A DNA stretch of 60,972 bases, filler included, from Bipalium vagum (Eukaryota), in NCBI GenBank assembly GCA_037834085.1. It is 3 parts of 3 records of this genome, joined end to end, with 100 filler letters (N's around TTAATTAATTAA, not from the genome) between each part and the next. Parts side by side here need not be neighbours in the genome. Positions count along the whole stretch, not along the records: positions 24,806 to 40,540 come from JBBMKC010148634.1; 2 more parts are not named here. One strand, written 5' to 3'. Below are positions 25,713 through 36,200 of the stretch, piece after piece. Below the pieces are notes generated by a model. That model saw only the letters and a list, made by a program, of their open reading frames with translations, searched no databases and had not been told where the DNA came from. The translations under genes and the position numbers were made by a program. The first letter of the stretch is position 1; every line of letters starts with the position of its first letter.

Positions 25713-27520
25713 TAAAAGCCATCAAATATGTGGCTACCAATGATGATATTAATCATGTTTATGAATATGTTGGACAGAGGAAATTCTTAGTAGCTTACGA
25801 TTGTAGCAAACCTAAGATTGGTAATATATATTCGCTAATGGATCTAGAGGAATGCCCAGAAGCATATCTAACCAAAATGAAACAGACTAATCTACCAGGA
25901 AACGGAATTCAGGACAACTCAAGTAAAATAATGTAATGTGACAAAGCCATCTTTTGATTATTAATGTGGTGTTCACAGTCAGACAGATTTCTTAGATGCA
26001 ACAAATGATTCCTGTGCCAGTAATAGTAAATTCCGAAAATGGTGAAGCAGCATTCGTCACACACAAATTACAAATAACCGCAGGATTGGCAATAGATGCC
26101 AAGAAAGGTGTTGTTAGAAAGAAATTGTTATTGAAGGAGGATCAATTTAATCAAATGGAGAATGCACTGGAAGAGACAAATACAGACAAGGAACAAAAGT
26201 TAATTGGGTGATAACATACACACATTACCAAGTAGAATTGAGAGAATTCGAAGGAATTTTTGATGCGGTCACGGGAAAAAGGTTATTACACCCGTTTTGC
26301 AATTCAAAGCGTTCTGTTTGTAATACTGGAGAATCATTACTCGTTTACAATATACCGGATACCATGTGTTATATGATGTTTCTCAAAAAAGTGGTTTTTA
26401 TCCAGGTAAAAGGAGAAAAAGAAAGGGAAGAAGTCACAATGGGAAGAAAAGCAAATAAAATTTATAAATCATCGGAAAAGGTACAGAGAGAAAGAACACC
26501 AATTGTTTTATTCAGTAAACACAAGCCGAAGGAGTCAGGTTTGTGAGAAAAGAAAGTACTTTAAAATGTAATGTATCGGTATATGCAACTAATCACAAAG
26601 GGGTATTTGTAAGCCAGAAAAGTTGATAAAATGGAAATAAAAATGGTGAATTATGTCAATACGAAAATAGATTCTATCTATCATTTGCTGAAGCAATCGA
26701 CAAGTGAAATCTATCACGAACTTGTGACAAATGATTGTCGAATCATTTATCTGAAAAATCGATTTGCAATGATCATTACCAATCCAGATTTGGTAGCTCC
26801 AGTGTTAATGGCTGATCAAGAAGTATTCGCTAGGATAATGAGAGAAGACATGCGCAGTAGTAAATGTGCAGTTACGACGTCCAGAAGATTGGACAAATGA
26901 ACTTCCAGTTGTGTTGGAAGAAGAAAGATATGTGGCACCAGTAACAAAAATATTACTGCCAAAAGATGTCAGACCAAAAGTGCTGGAATGTGGAGCGGTG
27001 ATTTCATCAATTTATAAAGTTACAAAATGGATGTCACTTCCCGAAAGAAAAGAGACTGGAAAATTAGAAAATTTTGAGTTAGTTAAAATTGAACGCGATG
27101 CAAAATTTGATGATTTGACAGGAGGAGGAATATATACTCAAGAGGATATCGAAGAAGCAAGACGGAATATGTTATTTCCTGAGATGCGAGAAAGAATATT
27201 TACTAATTTTGTGGATAGATTAATAAATAGTGATGGACGAGTAATTGGAAACCCAAAGTACGAAATTTTATTGATCCCCGAACATTTCAAGAAAGCAACT
27301 ATGGAAATGCTTAGGAAAACATGGGGAAAGTTCACTGGTTTCAGAACATTCATGACAGGATTAATTGGGATTTAAACAGTTTTTATGATTGCTAAGTGGG
27401 AACTTTCTCAAAATACAAATATACAAAATGATGAACATTGCATAAAATATTTTCCCGGGTAAATTACGGAGAAGTCCCTGGTTTGTACAAAATTCCTGAA
27501 ACTTGACACAAAAAATAAAG
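25709..27520 (+). pseudogene. Decayed chuvirus (Jingchuvirales)-like class III fusion glycoprotein
   Basis: Collinear motifs: LVAYDC..P.....SLMDLEEC (25793); YQETEFRTTQVK*C...Y*CGVHSQ (25965, cf. CGMHSH); CNVSVYATNHKGVFV (26561, cf. CGY...TEHPKLFI); YVNTKID...IYHELVTNDC; NPDLVAPVLM...SKC; NELPV....YVAPVTKIL...C; GIYTQEDIE..R..MLFPE.R; WGKFTGF.TFMTGLIGI, leading into a broken TM region. Confidence 0.88.
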
Positions 27521-28323
27521 ATATCTATAAGAAATAGAGTTAACAATCCTGAGTTAATTAATAAATTAAACTTATTATTAGCTAATTTGTACCTTTGAAA
27601 GTGATTATCATTTAACAATACTTGTATTGATTTACGTTTACATTCACAAATTAAATAACCATTGATATTTTATATAAGAAAAATTTGATAAGCTAATATA
27701 TGGTCACGCCACGATTTGCTGAAAAAAATAATTAAAAATGACTAATCAATATTAAATGTCAATAATCACAGCTGATTTAAAAGAAATGACTTGTTCAACC
27801 TAAACAAATTTTGTTTAAATGTTATTGAAATTTTGTATTTCAATTGAATCTAAAAATCAATAAAATATTCAAAACTGATTTTAGTATGATCATATAATTT
27901 CTAAAATTTAGTTATATTGAAATATAGAATTTTCTAAAATAATCAATAAATGTTTTACAACTATTTTTAAGTTTCTAAAGAAGCGTCGACAATTACTTAA
28001 AATTTTCTCTGCAAAAAATCACGTATTTCGTTGAGATCAAAGTTTACAAAATTTCGTTTTAAGAAATAATCAGAATTTTGTAACGTTGATTTACAGTATA
28101 GTAAGGACTTTAATTAGTTCATGAAAAGAAACCAATTCTGATTTCGTATTGAAAATACAAAAAAAATTAACAAGTTCATTTAGCAGAAGGTAATTCGTAC
28201 ACACTACATTTGTACCTTTTGATACAATGAGAATTCTTAAAAATATTGTAATTTTCTAAGAGAAAAAAATATTAGATAGATAACATAATCTTGACATATA
28301 ATATTAATATCAAATGAAATTAC

Positions 28324-28988
28324 TTTTGTCGCATTCTTCTTGGGATATTTGAATAAAATATTGAAAATCATTATGACAGTTAACAAAAACAATAATATAA
28401 ACATAAGTCGTATTGCATAATAATATAGGCAATACTTCCATCCAAATTGAGAGCTGATGCTGTGCTTGATTTCTTTAAATTCTATATTGGGTTGAACTAT
28501 GTTCGGTGAAAACTTGACAAATTTGAATACTTCTTCATTACCTGGAACTTTTAATTATTATCACACTGTAATAATCACTAACCGTTGCTAATATAAAGCC
28601 AGGAAAAATAATGCTGAATATGGATGCTTCTAGACGACAGTACAGCACTGAAAATAATATTAAAAAAGCAATAGATTTACTGATTTAAATTCAACCTTTG
28701 AAGTGTTTTTTTGGAAAAAATCTCATATCCAACCTTGCAACCTCTGTTGCATTGAGATGCAATTTTTGAGAAGGCACTATATCCAAAATTACAATTGTTT
28801 TCACATATTGTTAACTTGTTTGCTTCTGTTAACTTGTTTTTATATGATAACACCTGATATATATGACACCCTGTTTCACAGATTTTATTACCATCTTTAT
28901 CAGCTTCTTTAGAACATTGTTCGAAACATACTTCCGACAATGAATTAACTATTAGCAATGAGAAAATAAATAGGACGAAAATATCCAT
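28324..28988 (-). CDS. TMEM59: TMEM59/TMEM59L-like single-pass membrane protein; exons 28681-28988, 28583-28647, 28324-28541 (3' end uncertain)
   Basis: Signal peptide MDIFVLFIFSLLIVNSLS; Cys pattern C-x3-C...C-x2-GC...C-x3-C...Y...C-x2-GC. In-frame splicing over 33- and 41-nt GT-AG introns gives SWLYISNGNEEVF (cf. SWTFYLQADDGKIVIF) and a TM helix LMFILLFLLTVIMIFNILF followed by KYPKK. Confidence 0.75.
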
Positions 28989-29449
28989 TTCAAATTTTTA
29001 CCAAAAATTCAGTTTATAACAACAAAACTAATGCAATTAAAGGGTAGGTAAGGTTTCAAATTTTATTTTTATAAATTTTAATATAGAAATTTTACAACGT
29101 TTAAAATTTTAATTGTAAATCGAAGAAAAAGAATATTTATTTGAAAATATTGTTTCAATGGAAATTGAAATTCTAAATCTTTTTAAAATATTTATGGAAA
29201 AACTAGTTAATTTTAGTTATTAATTTTGGATTTTAATAAAATATTTTTAGAGTTTTTCATTGTTAAATAGTAATAAGGGCATTTTTCAATAATGTTAAAA
29301 TTATAGAAATGATAACATATATATTAATTACATGAAAAGATGTACACATAAAAATATATATTACATAAAGAATTGTAAAACATTGAATTAAATAAAATAC
29401 TTCCTTTCTATCCAAGTCATCATAATTTATAAAATTTACTAAGTTACAG

Positions 29450-29880
29450 TATATATTCCTTGTTAAAAAAATTTTTTTTTATAATCCAATACACCTCTTG
29501 TCTTGTGGAAGCGTACATTTTTCATAATTAAAATTTTATTTGGGTTATTTTGGAAGAACGCAATTTTTCAATAATGAAATACAGAAATGTTTTCTTGTTA
29601 TATACTCCTTCACTTATTTCATAGGCTATAACAATATTGTTATTAATTGCACACAAGAAACTTTTTTGTTCCCTCGTTTAGCACATGCATTCTTAAATGC
29701 ATTAGTATTTTTAAAGCTGTGCGTTAGACTCTTGATGCATACAGAGTGAATCATGTTTCATCTAAAAATATATCAACAAATACCATGAAATACCCACAGC
29801 ATATATCAGTGGTTCCCATTTACTTAGTCGTTGCACACTGATGTGTCACGGTTGTGACTTTTAGTCTAAAATATTTTCCC
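29450..29880 (-). mobile_element. IS630/Tc1-like (DDE_3) transposase remnant
   Basis: Minus strand reads DET*FTL...KNTNAFKNACAKRG...CAINNNIVIAYEISEGVYN, matching the DETGFNL...RG.N.S..C.I......Y....GAYN pattern. Confidence 0.65.
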
Positions 29881-30848
29881 AATAACTATAGAACCTAAAA
29901 TTCTTGAAATATTTATTTTAAAGTAATATGTATTTTTATATTTTTTTGTTTGTTTTCAGTAATATTTTGTCAAATGTTGTTTTAATATGTATAATATATT
30001 TCAATTTTTTAAAAACTGACCTAAAAGTATGGGATATAATTCATAATCACTGATTTAAAAATTTGTTTTACATTAAATTTTTATTGATAATTACTTGGAA
30101 AATGACAGAAAGAATGAAAATATGTGATACTGAGATACAAAAATTATTGAAAGACAAGGAGGACAAATTTTCTTCAGCAACGGGAAATATATGAAATATG
30201 ATACCACAGAAAATGAAGAACTGCTTAAGAAATAGATAATGACATTTCACTTCCACATCGGAAAAATTGAAGTTATATTAATTTTTTTTTATAAAAATAC
30301 ATTGGAAACATGGAATAGAGTTCTTTGCCAACACATGTTGGATACTATGATAAGATATTGCTTAAATAAAATAACATTACCACCTGTTAAAAGTATTTTT
30401 TCCGATAGATGAGTTCATTATTTTTCGATAACGACTTTAAGTTTATTAAATTACACCAAGCAATGGAAAAATATTAAGAAAACTTAACATATATTGGATT
30501 GTTAATAAATATTGGAATAAGACAGCATATGATAAAAATATCCATTATACCCTAAAATTTTATTCTGAAATGATCGGTTTTAGATAACTTTTTTTCTTAC
30601 AAAATGCAAAACATCCGAATAGTACTTTTTTATGCAGGTGCAATACAGTGAAATCATCAATATAATAATAAACAATTATAATTTACCCTCTGATCACTCT
30701 TTTAACACTTCTTTAGTTAATTAACTTTTAAATTATTGAATTTTAACTTTATAAATTTAACATTAATTCCTAAATATTTAAAATCACATTAATTATTTAA
30801 TGACTTGTAGTACTGCTTTATTTTTTAAATTACAAAATGCCAACTTTA

Positions 30849-31492
30849 CAGGGTTATGCAGAAATATATAGAAAAATATATATAATTCTAATCAAAAATA
30901 TATAGAGAATTATTCAAAATATATAGAAAAAATATTCGATTGTTTCTGTCTGAATTTGTTGTTTACCAAATTTTGTAAAAATCAAATAAGATGGAAGATG
31001 AAATAAAGATGCATGATAATTTGTGTCGAAAGAAGCCAACCTCTATTAATAAAAATACCCTAAGAACAATCCGGCGAGATTTTGACAAAAATATACCGGT
31101 AAAGGTAATTTCAAAAAATGCGGGTACAACTGCAGCAACAACATGTAATGCAATCAACAAAATATCTGAAGGACTGACCGACGAACAAATTTTATCAAAT
31201 TAAAAAGGAAGACCCAGAAACTGCAATTATTATGTGAAAAGTCGAATAACTCAGATGTTATTAAAGGTTTTTACATTTATATTTATTTTTATCTTATCTA
31301 TTTTATAGGATTCCTCTTATACCCAAAAAGAATTTTTAGTCAGCCAAAGTACTGTCTCAAAGTCTTGGCGAGACAGAATTTATTTAGTGTACATTTGTTA
31401 TTTGAAATATATATTTTGAATAATTTTCTATATATTTTGAATAATGTTCTATATATTTTGAATATTTTTATATATATTTCTGCATAACCCTG
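30849..31492 (+). mobile_element. Internally deleted Tc1/IS630-like element (MITE-like) with long TIRs
   Basis: Perfect 22-bp TIR CAGGGTTATGCAGAAATATATA, TA duplications and inverted subterminal tcaaaatatatagaa repeats. ORF 30991-31203 is HTH-like and followed by *KGRP. Confidence 0.9.
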
Positions 31493-31548
31493 TAATTTAT
31501 ATCTAATTAATAGTAATTAGTAATTATCATTAATACCAATCCTTTTTT

Positions 31549-31970
31549 AAACTCTTAATTATGCAATATGGTATAATCTTTTTCAAAAATATCTCTTAAA
31601 TAATAACTCGTAATACTACGACAATCATATTATAATTACTTATGATAATTAAATGTTACAACAATTCTCACTTATTTGCTGTATTACTTCTATTAAATAC
31701 AATTTTAGCTTTAAATTATTTAACACAAACTTTAATATTAAACATAAATTGAAAATTCCTTTTATAAAACTCTTAATTACGCAAAATTGTATAACTTTTT
31801 AAGAAACAAAATCTCATTAATAATAACTTATACTATAATAATTATACTATGACATCTTATAATAATTGATAGTTGACAATAATTTCTCATTTATTTGCTA
31901 TATTACTTCTTATTTATACAATCTTAACTCTATATCATTTATCACAAACTCAAATAGCAAACATAAATTG
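31549..31970. repeat. Diverged ~220-bp tandem duplication
   Basis: Both copies begin aaactcttaatta(t/c)gcaa and end aaacataaattg, and share the internal ttatttgct.tattacttct. Confidence 0.8.
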
Positions 31971-33247
31971 CATTAATGCAATAATACTGTAAATTCTAAT
32001 AATTATGATAATATTTAGTATTAATAATGATACTTAATACTTAATAATAATAATAGGCAAAATAACAATAACATAAATCAAAATCATTTAAGTAATAATC
32101 GTTCTTGTAGTATTAATGATAATAACAGTAATGATAACAAATTAATAACAGTATTGATAATAATCATAGTAATGGAAATAATAATAATACATAATAATAC
32201 TATATTGATAATAATAATCATAAAAATTCTGATAATGAAAATTAATGATAATAACTGTAATAATATTTTTTAATAATAATAATCATAATAACAGTAATAA
32301 TATAATAGACTATAATAGTAACAATGCTATTATTATTGTGATAACTAATGATACGTAATAATAATAAATATTAATAAATACTATAACAACAATGATAATA
32401 ATAATAATTATACTAATGGTAATAATAACGAAAATAATAATTATGATAATAATTATGACAAAATTAGTGCAATGCCCTGTTCAAATGTATACTATTACAA
32501 TTTTTTATTCGTTCTTTTATTTCGGTATGTAAGCCGATTATAGAATACTTATTTAGAATTGACCGATTGACTGATAATATAGACTGAACTTTTTACTTGA
32601 TTGTGTTTTATCTCTCGGTATGTAAGCCGATACATGAGATAAAACACGCTTTAAAAACCTTCTAACCGTTAAGCTCTTAACCCGCTCCACTTTTTAAGAG
32701 ACTTAACAACAAGCTATTTATAAAAAATATTTTTCTAATTACAGAATAAAATATCTTCAGTTATTATAATTGTTAGAGAGAAAAAAACAAGATAAAAGAT
32801 ATGGTGAAAATTTTATACAACAAAAATCATTAAAAAAATGTAATATCTTTGATTTGCAAATTAGTTGGAGATTTCGAATGGGATTAATGAACAAGTAAAA
32901 CAAATTGTTCAATTTACATTTTTCAGTTTCTCATGTTTAATAATTATTATTATAAATGTTTTAATAAGCAGTTTGAGATAATAATAATCATTTTATTTCT
33001 AATATAACATATATCATCAAGTCTCATAAGTGACTTATTTACAGTTTGAAATGAAATACTACTTTTACTTAAATCGTTCATCAAATTATACTGTTATGAC
33101 TATCATAAAAATATAAATTTCATGATTTCATTTTCAATAAACATCTTTTGATATTTTTATATAAATAAGAACCACCATGTTTTAGGATGATCTGCAGTTT
33201 AAATAAAAATCTGTTATCATAAAATGTAAAACTATTCAACGTCATAT

Positions 33248-36200
33248 TTATTGAATATCCCATATTTGAATATGGTTGATAGCATCATCTTTACCAATGT
33301 CTTGGTTCGACTCTCGACTTGCTTTGCATGAAAAATCTTCATATCCATCTCCACCACAAATGACCTTCATCTGAGTGGCCATTGTTGTACAAGGACTCAA
33401 AGATTGTCTTCTCGATGACTGATGAGACGGTCTCACTGAGCTCTCTAAGCTTACAAGGAATCTAACATTACCTGTATGGCCCTTATCTAAAGCTGAATAG
33501 AATAAAACTAAAATTAATACATTGATTTCATGAGCCTTATCTTTTAAACCCAGAGTTCTTATACTTAATCGTTCGATTTTCAATTTATTAGAAAATAAAT
33601 AAACTCTTTTCCCTGTAGCAAAAGTTGCTTTTGTATTTATGGGGAATTAAGAATCACAGTTGAATTTTATTAGGCAGAGATAGATTCATAAATAATTCTG
33701 AAATATTTGTTTCAAATCAAAGATGAGAATTTTCCAAAGATGTAAATGGGGATATCTCATTTTCGCCATCTCTTGATTATTTTTTTTCATATTTTTGTCA
33801 TGTACATATGGTTACTTTTGCGATGAGAGCACTTTAATACAATAATTATAAAAATCCTAATTTTCAAAGGTATTTACATATATGTTCATTAAAGATTATT
33901 TTCTGGTCAGGAGTTGGTAGATTTCATGAATAAAAATTTCTTATTTAATAATTTTAAAAATCAAATATTTACATTCTACTTTCGGTTGAATAATATTTGG
34001 CTTGGTTGTGGAGGTGGTGACATTAGGAATTGGGATAGTAAGTATGACACCAGCACTAGTCCCAACCCACAGAACATCCTTACAGACTAGAAGACAAGTA
34101 ATACGCAAGCAGGCTTCTTTGTGTCGAATAATTATGTCGTCCCAAACTAAAAGACAATGTAAGAAAAATGTTAAATTAAAAATCAAAAATTATAAAAATC
34201 TATTCAGTTACAAGTTTTAATTATCTCTAAAATGTATCGTTTTTTTAAACTCAAAAATTAACTGTGCTTGAATCAAAGTTATTGTATTATTAATTTGAAT
34301 CAATAAACAATTTTTATCAATTTTATTTGTTAAGTTTGTCTAAGGATGGAGCAATTAACAAAAACGTAACTGAGAACTTAACGTTTAGATTTCATAAATC
34401 CTGTTCGAATTAAGGTAACAAAATCAAATGACTAAAATAACAAGATGTTCTATAAATTAAATTTGTTAATACCATTACAAACTGATTTCCTTTTAAGTTT
34501 ACAAATTAAGAATGATTATTCTTAGAAAAGTCTTCTGTTTAGAAAATATCCCAATTAATTAAAGAAGATAATCCTCTCACACGATATTATTATCAGTGAC
34601 TTTGAAGTCTTTAAGGAATGTAATACGATACTCTGATAAGTTTGAGAATAACTAACACCAAAATTATCTGGATCGGAAGTGAAGAAAGAAAGAAAAACTT
34701 AATTTAATCTTAGGGTTTAGATAAAGAAATAAATAAGAACATTAGTTAGCAATCAGTATTCTGACAAGACAGAGTTAAATCTAAGTTATTTTAAAGTGAA
34801 AAGAATACTGAATAATTCAGTAATTTATTGGTATTAATGAAAGATTGCTTATTTAAAATATGATGAATATAAGTATATTAGTAAAAGGAATCAGTAATTT
34901 AGAAGATTACTATCAGTTGTATCAATAAAGTTCATAAATTGATCCCAAAGAATATTAACAAATTTATAATTTTATCCATGGCTTTCAAACTATCTATTAT
35001 TGGTTTCTGGCTCCAATGATTTTCTTTTGGTCCGTTCCCTATGTGGACAAAGTAAAAAAGTAAATACTGACAACATTTTACCAAAATTATTCGATAATCA
35101 CTGAAAACAAAAGTATCAAATCTCAAATAGTCACATGAAAGGTCAACCGCTTTTGATCCGGTCAATTCTTTTTATCAGTTTGCTCAATTCACCTTCGAAT
35201 TCAATTCTATCTTTATCTTATAATCTCAATTTACAATTTCACCATAATTTCAATTCCTAATTTATTTGACATTAATTCTACCTTTACCTAATTCTAGTCT
35301 AACTCTGCTCCAGCTCAGCCAAAACGTATTCACCATAGCTGAATAATCAATTCTGCAGATGCCTTCATTTCTCAAGCTCACCATCTCCCATTTTTCATTA
35401 GTTAAATAAGAAACCGGAATTTTTAAATTATTAAGCTCAGTCCGAATGTATTCGCTGGAGCTGAATAATCAAGTACTTTAGGTTACCTAAAAAATAAATT
35501 GTTTATTTTAATATAGGAAAAGATTACTTAAATGATTCTGGAATATTTGAATTACTGTTATATATTATGAATTGGCCATTGAAATAGACTCAAGTATTAT
35601 TTTAAAAACAGTGATATAACCATAAAGTATAAGTTAACACCGGCCATGATAAAGAAGAGACTAGTTTGGGGAGTGAAATACAAACACTACGGAGACACAC
35701 TTTGGTCTAAAGTAAATAAAAATTAATTTTTAAAAAATGGTTTTCATTAAATCGGTTTAATTTCTTACGTAAAAAAAATATTTTTTGTATGAGTCTATTT
35801 CAATGGCCAGGTACTGTAGTATTATCAATTGTTAATATTATTATTACAAAGAAAATTATTTACAATGAATGCAATAAGAAAATCGATTTTTAAATAAATA
35901 TCATTAAAAATGAAAACCAGATTGATCATTGTAAGTCAACATTGTTCTGAAATCTTCGAATGAAAATGTCATAAAAACAGTGGAAATTATCTTAGACGTA
36001 AAATGATGTTACTTTATCTGTTAAACAGTATTAAGTTTGACATTATTTGATAAATTTTTTGTAAACATCACTTGTCTGCCTAAAAGTTCAGTGTGTAGGC
36101 CTGTTGTTGTCGCTGCTGCTGCTACCACCTCACAACAACACAGACCCAAAAAATATGGTCAGGAATCAGTCAGAATACAAAATCATCCCCGTTCGAATGA

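Larger units (their letters stand above)
24806..27520 (+). mobile_element. Endogenous viral element / env-bearing retroelement remnant carrying a chuvirus-type glycoprotein
   Basis: Purine-skewed, GC-richer, intronless block of consecutive frameshifted plus-strand ORFs. The 3' two-thirds show collinear chuvirus glycoprotein motifs, and an LTR/PBS-like segment lies upstream. Confidence 0.8.

Noticed and set aside
25243-27618. Minus-strand ORFs 25243-25524, 27138-27353 and 27361-27618
   Set aside because: Shadow ORFs antisense to the purine-rich plus-strand viral frames.
27520-28200. A 3' LTR for the glycoprotein-bearing element
   Set aside because: No second copy of the 24806-24935 segment or a polypurine tract is visible, so the element appears 3'-truncated.
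28677-28988. Stand-alone 103-aa secreted Cys-rich toxin-like peptide
   Set aside because: The stop lies within a GTAA donor. Splicing extends the frame to a TM protein with the TMEM59 cysteine pattern.
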